Shown here piece by piece: positions 50,901 to 59,621 of a stretch of 64,000 nt of DNA (the stretch's first letter is position 1; each line of letters opens with the position of its first letter). The DNA lies in the IMG/VR virus record IMGVR_UViG_3300043470_001272; one strand, given 5' to 3'. Below the pieces are notes generated by a model that worked only from the letters and a program-made list of their open reading frames with translations, did not search any database and was not told the origin of the DNA. The stretch comes from an uncultured virus (IMG/VR IMGVR_UViG_3300043470_001272) (Duplodnaviria > Heunggongvirae > Uroviricota > Caudoviricetes). The translations under genes were made by a program, and so were the position numbers.

Positions 50901-53900
50901 TGTAGTAACCATTAGGCATAACTTCATAAGCTTCTAATATACTATAAGGAGTACCATCTTCTTTTACTAAAACTTGTTCATCTACAACTCTTTCTTCTTT
51001 AGGAAGATTAGCTATTTCAGCTTCCATTTTATCTTTAAAAGTTTTTCTAGTATCATTTAAGTTTTTCTGTTCTACTTGAGGTTCTGCATTTTCCTTAATT
51101 ATTTCTAAGTAAGGAATAAGATATTCATCAACAATTTCTTTGTATCTAGAAGTACCTTTATTTATTGCTAATTTTCTAGTATCATCATAAAACTCAGACG
51201 GTAATGTACCATTATCTCTTAACTCAGTAAAATCATCCATACCCATGTAAATGTTTTTTTCTGCAAGCTTATTTAACAAAGCATTAGAAATAGCATTATT
51301 CATTTGTTCATTTACTAAATTAGTAAAGTACTCAGCACGAGTATTATACATACCTCTCATCCATTTTAAATTGGATAGAACAGTATCATAGAATCCTTTA
51401 GGATCAGCAATAAAGTTTGCAAACTTAGCTACATCTTTACTTTCTTGTTTTAATTTATATAAGTCAACTAAGTTTTTAAAACTTTCATCTAATTCATCTT
51501 TAAATAGAATAGTATCTGATGATCCAGCAATAGCATTAAGATAATTCTCATGAGCTTTTTTAAGTTTTGCTACTGCTTTATCCTGATTTGTTATATCACC
51601 TTCTACACCATACTCTTGTTCCATTCTTTCTTGAATAGCTTCTGGAGTTGGTTCAATTTTTTCAGCAACTAGTTTAGCTTTAATATCTGCTATGTACTTA
51701 GTTCTATCAAATACTTGATTAAACTCTTCATAAGCACTTTGATATTCAGTAAGAGTTTTTTGTTTTTTACTTAATAAATCAATTCTGTTTTTATTAATTA
51801 CAGGGTCTGTACCTTTTAAAGATACTAATTCTAAATTTATAGAATTTATAGCATCTCCTAATCTGAAAGGATCAAATAAGTAACTTACATCTGTATTAGA
51901 TAAATTTTTAAGATTAGGTGTATTTAAATAATTTTGTTGTATACCATTGATTCTTGTTATATTATCTTTGTAAGCTTCATTAAAGTATACAAAGTTTTTT
52001 TGAGCCATCTTCCAAGAATAATACATAAATTCTTTATCATCTTTATCTATGTCATCTTCTTGTGGTAATGATACTGGATTAGGTAATAACTCTTCTACTT
52101 TATTAAAAGCATTTTGAATACCTTTTAACTTAGCAACAGATTTATCAATTCTAGTTCTGTATTTGTTTATATCATTAAGTTGATCTCCTTCAAGTTTTAA
52201 CTCATCAGCTAGTTCTTCATCTGTTAATTCTTTTAAAGATTCTATTTTTTCAATAAAAAGATCAGAAGTATTAGTACTCAACATAGTATCAACTTGATTT
52301 ATGTATGATTCTAATTCACTATCTAAACCTTCTTTTTTACTTCCAGATTCTTTTATTATAGATAAAGTATCTTGCGCACCTGCATTATAATATCTGTTAG
52401 ATAAAAATTCTTTAACAGACATTTGATTTAAATTATCAACTAAACCTTTAGCTACATTAGCTTTTGTTTCTTTCCATTTAGAATATGCTTCTTTATCAAA
52501 AGTTCTATTCCATTGTGAAGATAGAAAAGGTATTGCTTGATTCATAGGAGCAGCAAACATACCCATTACAAAACCTGATGCAAATGTTTCTAAACCTTGT
52601 GAACTAGCTTCTTTACCAAGTTCACTAGTATATACATCCAATGGTGTATTAAAGATGTCTCTTTTTCTATTAATAATAGTATCTTTAACTCCAGACTTAG
52701 AATACAAATGAGCTTTTAAGTAAGGACTTTGATAAGATTCTGTATAATACTTTTCATTAGCTCTAGCAATAACTTCTTGTAAGTTTTCTTGAATACCTTC
52801 TGCAAAGTTAGCTTTAAAATAACCAATAGTTTTACTTGCTGTTTTAAAACCTGGATTCTTATACCAGCTTTTAGCAAGATTTTTAAGATTGTTTTTTTCT
52901 AAAACAAATTGTTTGCCTGCTCTATCATATAATATTTTACCGTATTTACCAAAGTTTTTTTCTCCTTGTTTAGAAGCAACTTCTAGTATGTCATCTGTAC
53001 TAGACTTAATAAAGTTTCTAAGACCTCCTCTAGGATTAGTGATGTTACCAAAAGTAATTTTATTAGACCCATAGATTAATCCAGCATTCATATAAAAAGT
53101 TTCTAAACTAGCTTCTTTAGACTGTTTAGTCATTTCATATTGTTCTTCATTAGTTGGTGCTGTACCATTTTTTTGGTAATAATCATTGTATAATTTATCA
53201 TATACTTTATTCTCAACCATACCTGCTTCTAATCTAGCTTCAGATACAGCCATGTTTATACCTCTTACATCTTGATAAAATCCACCAGCTGTTTTAGAAA
53301 GTAAAGCTAAATTACCTATGTTATCTAATTTCTTAGCAGCTTTAAAAGCATCTACAGTATTTTCTAAAGGATTAATAAATCTACCTATTGGAGAACCTAC
53401 AGCTTTTTTTGTAGCTTCCCAATACTTTCTAGCATCATAAACATTATCTAATGTATTCAGTGTAGTTTTTACAGCTTTATATCCATCTTGAAGAGTACTT
53501 AAACCTTTAATTCCACGGAATATATTTTTACCAGCATTAGCAGTAGTAGCAAAGAAACTTAAACCTCCTGTAACTGGAGCTAACACAGCACCAGCAACTT
53601 CTTCTACTATGGCTTCACTCATGATACCTGCAGTATAACTAAAGTTCATAGCAGCATTACTTACAAATCCTCCTACACCACCTTTAGTAGATTGACCAAT
53701 AGCAGCAGCTTCTTCATATGCTCTAGCATCTTCTAAATCTCCACTGGTAAAATCACCCTTTAACATTTTAGCTAAACTTTTAGGTCCAGATACAAAACCT
53801 CTTGTAAATAAAGGAACAAATGAATTAGTCATCATTCTTTTCCAATCATCTGCAATTGTAGTTTGAGCATTAAAGTTTGCTTCATTATCTCTTGTAGGAC

Positions 53901-54330
53901 TAAAACCTACTTTATCAAATAATTCAGGACCATATGCCTTATACCTTTTATAAAAACTATTACCAGAACTACCAGCATTATATGCATATAACTTATTATA
54001 ACTATCTTTAGTTTGATTTGACTGTATTACATTATTAATGTAATTATTTATAGAAGCTTTTTTATCTTCAGCACTCATACCAGTAGTGTTCATCCTAGGT
54101 TTATTAGGAGGAGCACCAACCATATTTCTTTTAATGTTCTGACCTTGATTATCTAAACTTCCTGCTGAAGGTATAAATGACTGAAAAGACTTTGGAAAAT
54201 TAATTTCAGGCATTTTTATCCTATCTCCTTCAAAAGGTTGCATGCTAATAGGATCTAGTCTTGGTTGATTTATATCTCCATATTCCGGACCTAGTGGGTC
54301 TAATGGACTAAAACCTTCATTATTCGCCAT
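47968..54330 (-). CDS. large putative ejected protein (2120 aa) with C-proximal PD-(D/E)XK nuclease domain
   Basis: AGEIDFIFVD..G...IVDLKS...Q..GY at about 48900-49080; Gly/Ala-rich hydrophobic N-terminal segments. Confidence 0.75.
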   Translation of the reverse strand: MANNEGFSPLDPLGPEYGDINQPRLDPISMQPFEGDRIKMPEINFPKSFQSFIPSAGSLDNQGQNIKRNMVGAPPNKPRMNTTGMSAEDKKASINNYINNVIQSNQTKDSYNKLYAYNAGSSGNSFYKRYKAYGPELFDKVGFSPTRDNEANFNAQTTIADDWKRMMTNSFVPLFTRGFVSGPKSLAKMLKGDFTSGDLEDARAYEEAAAIGQSTKGGVGGFVSNAAMNFSYTAGIMSEAIVEEVAGAVLAPVTGGLSFFATTANAGKNIFRGIKGLSTLQDGYKAVKTTLNTLDNVYDARKYWEATKKAVGSPIGRFINPLENTVDAFKAAKKLDNIGNLALLSKTAGGFYQDVRGINMAVSEARLEAGMVENKVYDKLYNDYYQKNGTAPTNEEQYEMTKQSKEASLETFYMNAGLIYGSNKITFGNITNPRGGLRNFIKSSTDDILEVASKQGEKNFGKYGKILYDRAGKQFVLEKNNLKNLAKSWYKNPGFKTASKTIGYFKANFAEGIQENLQEVIARANEKYYTESYQSPYLKAHLYSKSGVKDTIINRKRDIFNTPLDVYTSELGKEASSQGLETFASGFVMGMFAAPMNQAIPFLSSQWNRTFDKEAYSKWKETKANVAKGLVDNLNQMSVKEFLSNRYYNAGAQDTLSIIKESGSKKEGLDSELESYINQVDTMLSTNTSDLFIEKIESLKELTDEELADELKLEGDQLNDINKYRTRIDKSVAKLKGIQNAFNKVEELLPNPVSLPQEDDIDKDDKEFMYYSWKMAQKNFVYFNEAYKDNITRINGIQQNYLNTPNLKNLSNTDVSYLFDPFRLGDAINSINLELVSLKGTDPVINKNRIDLLSKKQKTLTEYQSAYEEFNQVFDRTKYIADIKAKLVAEKIEPTPEAIQERMEQEYGVEGDITNQDKAVAKLKKAHENYLNAIAGSSDTILFKDELDESFKNLVDLYKLKQESKDVAKFANFIADPKGFYDTVLSNLKWMRGMYNTRAEYFTNLVNEQMNNAISNALLNKLAEKNIYMGMDDFTELRDNGTLPSEFYDDTRKLAINKGTSRYKEIVDEYLIPYLEIIKENAEPQVEQKNLNDTRKTFKDKMEAEIANLPKEERVVDEQVLVKEDGTPYSILEAYEVMPNGYYMTVEASDGKSFNSTLKFIKEDDKLFQFGEDDKFLPTKEELSVEKIKSFDEFPISKITIFKIDMAPNPEDVEAVKKKYGEKLEEEQEDFDSTRPEAMQKSIDEILELANLYESIVQTKTNYFIDGTKHERMSNAIKSKVSLFTSLKRTKVEELVDSTIGELGFTKDGLKAFMKSLEDEYGDASGFDQEVYKAIREELESIVPEQQISVGAVINPQLKARLNTLGYKDSLISNLSKEEQKRILDNDIEFEDYTPVSTDAKADIERLEALNLLDESSVNYFKSGIDKGIKEIEDAYVQRLLNLEYLSKPLVLKNISQEEYDNQVASIVKDYASKIKKVGKFRYAINLANARDSELADLKRKYDAKLAALGTTDTKADIKRRQNEALKTVKEYSNKAQGWYGDYISALKSRGDKNDVWQEKYRANSKQGVIDEINKEYAAELAALEETSEESTNLRAQGSAALKAKINSLNNEIANLIYNDTLKQSVIAKQVKALQNKRQELESELKEGQEKILSDQELKNYIVNTIDENTYENKRKGGTYLDTLTKSFLDGKDIPYDSAKISEEAFDALFGANGFITDIRRRIDSGELWVYAKDLIVASDTLIDDNDNMLEPVAGEIDFIFVDKEGNKFIVDLKSADARKWTQYKSDSGYGFNKRAENTLQQVGYANLIENTIGKKYGITILPVALEYEGRKIAYASRPDIVLDIEKQPIGDPNEKPFNVTLDENLIIPINEDGTVVNLTAKEIMQKIIPVNPIKKTKGKAQPQAKTTTPAPTEQVTFTEEELAEIKSWQTLAETKGAEYALQAFHDNIYPGVMSDDLLFFEKDGITPSKLYNAIINVINEVGSYESNLPVKVSELPKINSKYYALNSNFVEQYSEVVVLNLDADKQTITIQNTNGNTNPQTMSLTEFMENFSSYKDVETPTEKSTYTPTENEKQNAAENKTNVDEFLNNSEYINTVEEQADAIDLAKARKNLFDDLNCL

Positions 54331-57300
54331 AAGTGCTTAAATTAAAATCTGTAATAAGACCTTGATATATTTGTGGATAAATACTATATAACATTTGATC
54401 TCTAGTGTTTAAAAGATTATCTCCTAACAGCCCTACTGTACTAAAGTTTCCTTCTACTTCTTTACCTTTATCAAAAGTTACATATTTACCCTCAAAATTA
54501 TAAGTACCATCTTGAGACATTTCATTTTTAGAAATAGATACTGACCATCTAGGATCTGCTAAAGTTTGAGTATATACTTTATTATCTCCAGAATTTAAAT
54601 ACATTGCTATAGGATCATTAAAATAACTTTTGTATATCTGGTTATTCATTTCTTTTGCAGGCATTAAATAAGATACACCATTATTCTTAGCAGCTTGTGC
54701 TTGTTCTGGTGTAAATATACCAGCTTTAACAAGTTTACGGTCATCTCCTGTTCCTGTAAAAGTACTTGTATTAGCATCAATCCATTCACTTGGAGGTCTT
54801 ATAATGATAGCTCCTTGATTAGATTTACCAGATGTGTTAGGTAAAACACTTACTGTAAATTGTCCAAATTTAGTTTTTGGATTATTCATTTCTCTTCTGA
54901 TAGCATCTAAAGTACCCATACCAATATTACCTCTATCATAACCTTTAGTTCCCATTTTAGCATAGCCTGTTTCTCCTACACCTAATAAAGATACATTGTA
55001 TTTACTTTTATCATTAAAATCTATTTTATTAAGATCATTAAATACATCCATCCAACGGCTTTTATTAATACTATGACCTTTTAAATTAACATCTATAGTT
55101 TTATCTTGATTCATTGTACTTGTTCCACTACCAGAACCTAAAATAGCTGGTGGAGCTTTTAAATTTAAATTAGAGTTACTATAAGCTTGTGCTGCTGCTT
55201 GACGGATGTCATTATAACCTATATCAAAAGTTTCTTTTTTAGCAGGATTACCTTTTTTATCTACATAATAAGAAGCTCCAGGAGAAGGAATCATGTTAAT
55301 AATATCCCGAGCTTTTTTAAGAACTTGAATTAAACCTGTACCATATTTTTGTATATAGTCAGTATCTCCTATTAATTTTACAGCTTCATCATAACCAGCT
55401 TTACCAAACTTTTTTTCTTTTCCCGCTATATATTCTGCTAGTTGATCTTTTGAAAGAACTTTATTTTTAATAAGAGTACTCATAAAATCTTTTTCACTTC
55501 TAAAATTACCATTATCATCATATGCATATTTAGCATATTTTCTTAATTCAGGAGGTAAAGTTTTTTGCATATGGTCAACAACAACAGGAGCTGTTTTTTG
55601 TCTCCATTCTTTATCTGCATTAACTGCTAAATAATAATCATTTAATCTAGCACCAGCTTGTTCTGTTTTATTAAATTGTTCATTACTTGGTTGAAATTGT
55701 GAAAGTTTTGAATTTTTAGCTACATAATTGTCAAACTGTTTTTTAATTCTTTCTAAACCTTTAACACCAATTTTATTACTTATATACTCAGCTGAATATT
55801 GACCATTTAAAAGTACTTTAAATTTATCCCAGTTTACATCTGTTTTATCATTATATTTAATAAGTTGTTTTAATTGAGCATCACTTATTGCACCTTTGTT
55901 TTTAAGATTATCTAACATACCTATCATACCTGATAAATAAGGCATAGCATACTCTTTAGTATAAATACTAATACTATTTTTACTTACTTCTTTTATATTT
56001 CCAGCATCTGTAGCGTCAACCTTTCTACCTTTAGTATAAATATTATTTAAACCTTCAACAGGAACAGCATTACCATTCTCATCATATTCATGAGTACCTA
56101 ATTGTTCAACTAAGTATTTATCTCTATTTGCTTTAGATGTACCTTGATTTCTTAAAGCAGCAGCTCTTTCTAAACCAGCATTTCTACTAGCTATTTCTGA
56201 CATTCTATAACTATGATCAATTTCTTTTACTTTATAGATATCAGCTTTTATATCAACTTTATAATCTCTATAAGCTAAATATTCTGCAGCTTCATTAAAT
56301 TTTTTCATCATTAAGTCACCAGCTACAGCATTATCTACTTTCCATCTTAAAGATTTAATATCTCCATAAGGATTCTTAAAGCCAGTCATAGTTACAGTAC
56401 TTTCAGCTTGATTGGTATCAAGGTCATCTTGTTCTTCTTGAACTCTTTGTAATACCTTATCATTAATATCCTTATTCATCTCATAAGCTTTTAGCTCTTT
56501 GAGTGTACTAGGAGTAGCAGTTTTATTTTCAATCTGTTTTTTTAAGTCAGCTATTCTAGCATCATAGGTAACAGAATTTTCTTTAAGTGCTACATATCTT
56601 CTTTGATTTTGTTCTTTTAATTCTGTAAACTCAGTCTCAAGATATTTTAATTCAGCTTCAGCTTCTCCTCCTTTAAATTGAGCAGCATTACTAGCAGCAT
56701 AGTTTTTTCTATTTACATAAGCTTGTGTTTTATATACAGCTTGTACACCAGGGTCTGAACCTAACTCAGCTTCAAATAATTTACTTAGAGGTTCTATTAA
56801 ATTTTCCCCATTTTTAGTTTTAATTATGTATCTACCATCAGGACTCCAGCTTGGAACCTCAATAGATAAACCAGAATCTTTTGCTAACTTTCTAGCTTCT
56901 TTAGTAACATTAACAAAGGGTGTGTATTCTACATTACCAAAACCCATAGCTTCTTCAGCTGATGCATTTTTAAATTCTTGTCTTTGGTAATCCATTGCCA
57001 TTATTCCAGTATCCCAATACTGTTCATTTTCCTCTTTATTTATAGAACCTTTTAAAGCACTTGCAATACCTTTTTGTCTATTAAAATTTTTAGTATAAGC
57101 CATGTCTTTCATTAATAGCTTATCTTCATATAAAGGTTTAAATACTTGTGTAGCTTGAGTAACATTTTGTTCTAATGATAAATCTAATTGAGATACTCTT
57201 TGTAAATTAAAAGTAGCTTGTTTAATATAATTATCTTTTTTTTCAGCAGTATCTGTTCTAGATAGTTCAGCATTATAATACTGACTATACATCTTATTTA

Positions 57301-57427
57301 AAGCTTTCCAGTTTGTATCATACTGAGTTTGCTTTGTCTGCAATAAATTATTATATAAATTTAAATCAGGCTGATATGGTTGTATTTGTGGTATGTAGTC
57401 TTGAACACCTTGTAAATAAGTAGACAT
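54320..57427 (-). CDS. large putative virion protein, 1035 aa
   Basis: Long coiled-coil ORF coupled to the 2120-aa gene. Confidence 0.75.
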   Translation of the reverse strand: MSTYLQGVQDYIPQIQPYQPDLNLYNNLLQTKQTQYDTNWKALNKMYSQYYNAELSRTDTAEKKDNYIKQATFNLQRVSQLDLSLEQNVTQATQVFKPLYEDKLLMKDMAYTKNFNRQKGIASALKGSINKEENEQYWDTGIMAMDYQRQEFKNASAEEAMGFGNVEYTPFVNVTKEARKLAKDSGLSIEVPSWSPDGRYIIKTKNGENLIEPLSKLFEAELGSDPGVQAVYKTQAYVNRKNYAASNAAQFKGGEAEAELKYLETEFTELKEQNQRRYVALKENSVTYDARIADLKKQIENKTATPSTLKELKAYEMNKDINDKVLQRVQEEQDDLDTNQAESTVTMTGFKNPYGDIKSLRWKVDNAVAGDLMMKKFNEAAEYLAYRDYKVDIKADIYKVKEIDHSYRMSEIASRNAGLERAAALRNQGTSKANRDKYLVEQLGTHEYDENGNAVPVEGLNNIYTKGRKVDATDAGNIKEVSKNSISIYTKEYAMPYLSGMIGMLDNLKNKGAISDAQLKQLIKYNDKTDVNWDKFKVLLNGQYSAEYISNKIGVKGLERIKKQFDNYVAKNSKLSQFQPSNEQFNKTEQAGARLNDYYLAVNADKEWRQKTAPVVVDHMQKTLPPELRKYAKYAYDDNGNFRSEKDFMSTLIKNKVLSKDQLAEYIAGKEKKFGKAGYDEAVKLIGDTDYIQKYGTGLIQVLKKARDIINMIPSPGASYYVDKKGNPAKKETFDIGYNDIRQAAAQAYSNSNLNLKAPPAILGSGSGTSTMNQDKTIDVNLKGHSINKSRWMDVFNDLNKIDFNDKSKYNVSLLGVGETGYAKMGTKGYDRGNIGMGTLDAIRREMNNPKTKFGQFTVSVLPNTSGKSNQGAIIIRPPSEWIDANTSTFTGTGDDRKLVKAGIFTPEQAQAAKNNGVSYLMPAKEMNNQIYKSYFNDPIAMYLNSGDNKVYTQTLADPRWSVSISKNEMSQDGTYNFEGKYVTFDKGKEVEGNFSTVGLLGDNLLNTRDQMLYSIYPQIYQGLITDFNLSTYGE

Positions 57428-57477
57428 ATTGTATTTTTTCTTATTGTTGTAAAACTATTAAAATTTTATAAGTTTAT

Positions 57478-57494
57478 TAAACTTAAAATGTTTA
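57478..57494 (-). promoter_or_regulatory. 17-bp near-palindromic upstream motif, copy 1
   Basis: + strand TAAACTTAAAATGTTTA; 16/17 identical to 62857-62873. Confidence 0.5.
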
Positions 57495-59612
57495 GAATAT
57501 GAATGGATACATCATATCAGCATATACATAACCAGCTTTTTTAGCTTGCCCACCTTTTTTAGCTTTAGGAAATTTTCTATTAAATAATTCTTTTTGCATA
57601 ACATCACTTAATTTAGAACCTTTTAGTTGTAAAGCATAATCTATAGCTTCTTGACTTTCTGCTTCAGGATTAGGGGTTTTCATATTTGGTTTATGTTTTA
57701 ATCTTCCTTTTCTGTTAATAGCAAAATCTTCATACATATCATTCATATTTAACCTATTAGCTTCATTTGTGATACCAGTGTTATATAAATTTAAAGCTTG
57801 AGCTTTGTCAGCAAGTCTGGTGTTAGCAAAGTTTTGATTAGCTAATTCTACTTCATCATATTCTTTATCAGCAAGTTGTTGATTTAAAAGTGATTCTTGA
57901 TTTCTAATACCTACTTGTTGACCTTCAAAATTGTCAAATATGCTAACATTATCATTATTATATCTATTCTGCATTGCAGCAACATTATTAGCTAAGTTAG
58001 CTTGATTAGCTATTTGATTGGCTCTGTCAGTTGGACCAGAACCAGCTGTAGCACTTAAACCTTGTGAAGTAACATTTGCTAATGCATTTAATTGATTTGC
58101 TTCTGAAGTTATATCTTTATATCTAGGTCTTGGTTCTTCAAGATCTACTCTAGGAGACCAAGGTTGTCCTTTTCTTCTACTCCACATAGTACCTAAAGCA
58201 CCATACAAGTTATTTACATCTTGAGGATACCAACCTTCATCATTTTCATAAGGTTGTTCTATAGCACCTTGTACATTTTCAGTAACTGTTTTTTCACATT
58301 CACATTTACCATTTACCATTGGTTTTTCTACTTCATTACCATTTTCATCTGGGCAGTAACATTTTTGTTCTACTTCTCCTGTTTCTTCATTTATTACTGT
58401 AACAGGTTCTGTTTCTACAGCTTCTTCTATATCAGCAGCTCCTGCAATTTTTTTACTACACGCATCAATGTAAGACACATTAGATGCATCAATCAATCCT
58501 GCTGCTAAAGCATCTTTACCACTATATCCATAGTAACTACCTCCTTTTTGTTGAACCCAACTACAAACATCATCTTTACTATATCCAGGACCACCTTTTA
58601 CAACAGGACCTCTTTCTTCTTTAGTTTTAACTTTAGCTTTACCTTCTATTTGTCCTTTTTTTGTTCTATACTTATACTCACCCTTTTCATCTTTTCTTGT
58701 CTCACCTTCCCATTTATTATAATCATCTTTACTTATTGTCTTAGTATTAACAGGTCTTCCATCTTTTGCTTGCGGAAGTTGTCCACCATAAGCCATTTCA
58801 TTTGGATCATTATAGAAAGGCATATCATAACCACCCATGTTCATACCATACATAGCCATAGGAGGAGCCATCATTTCTTCTTGAGGCATCATTTCTTGTG
58901 GTTGTGCAATAGGTTGTCCATCTGGCATTTGTTGTGGAGCTTCTTGTTCTTCAGGTATTTGTTGTGCCATCTGAGGTTGCTGTTGTTTCTCCTGTGGTAT
59001 AAGTTCTTCTTCTGCTATACCCATAGCTTCCATATAAGGTTTAGCCATTTCTGGTATACCTTGAGGAAATCCTTTTTTAGATTCTTGAGCTAATGCTAAA
59101 GCACCTAATTTCATTACAGCATTCTTAATCATCATCTCAGCAGTTTTTCTTGTTAACTTATCTGAGTTAGGATCTTGAAGAAGAGCTCTGTATTTATTAA
59201 TATCATATTTTTTAGATAGTTCTGCAGGTGTGTAACCTTTTTTAGGAGATACTCCAAACATTTTAAGTATAGCAGGATCTTTAATAATCATAGATTTAGT
59301 ATCACTAAATATAAAACTATCATCAGGAAGACTTAGTGGTACACCACCATTAGTATGTCTTGGTCCTTTTATATCATAAAATGAAGGCATACCACTACCA
59401 TCAATATTACCCATTACAGTTTCACCACCTTCAGCTTCTAGATTAGCTTCTTCTCTAGGAACAGCTGTCATAGTTTTTTTAACACTAGGATTTGGTTGTC
59501 CTATATATGCATTATAGTCAGCACCTCCCATAGATGGTACATCATTAACTAGACCACCTCTAACTTGGTATCCAGTTCTAGCCTGTGGCAATTTTTTAAT
59601 TCTTACTTTCAT
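57492..59612 (-). CDS. putative virion cargo protein, 706 aa
   Basis: EAEGGET...GPRHTNGGV...FIFSD segment, Q/P/M-rich linker, repeated xxGG motifs. Confidence 0.7.
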   Translation of the reverse strand: MKVRIKKLPQARTGYQVRGGLVNDVPSMGGADYNAYIGQPNPSVKKTMTAVPREEANLEAEGGETVMGNIDGSGMPSFYDIKGPRHTNGGVPLSLPDDSFIFSDTKSMIIKDPAILKMFGVSPKKGYTPAELSKKYDINKYRALLQDPNSDKLTRKTAEMMIKNAVMKLGALALAQESKKGFPQGIPEMAKPYMEAMGIAEEELIPQEKQQQPQMAQQIPEEQEAPQQMPDGQPIAQPQEMMPQEEMMAPPMAMYGMNMGGYDMPFYNDPNEMAYGGQLPQAKDGRPVNTKTISKDDYNKWEGETRKDEKGEYKYRTKKGQIEGKAKVKTKEERGPVVKGGPGYSKDDVCSWVQQKGGSYYGYSGKDALAAGLIDASNVSYIDACSKKIAGAADIEEAVETEPVTVINEETGEVEQKCYCPDENGNEVEKPMVNGKCECEKTVTENVQGAIEQPYENDEGWYPQDVNNLYGALGTMWSRRKGQPWSPRVDLEEPRPRYKDITSEANQLNALANVTSQGLSATAGSGPTDRANQIANQANLANNVAAMQNRYNNDNVSIFDNFEGQQVGIRNQESLLNQQLADKEYDEVELANQNFANTRLADKAQALNLYNTGITNEANRLNMNDMYEDFAINRKGRLKHKPNMKTPNPEAESQEAIDYALQLKGSKLSDVMQKELFNRKFPKAKKGGQAKKAGYVYADMMYPFIF

Positions 59613-59621
59613 GGTTTCTTA

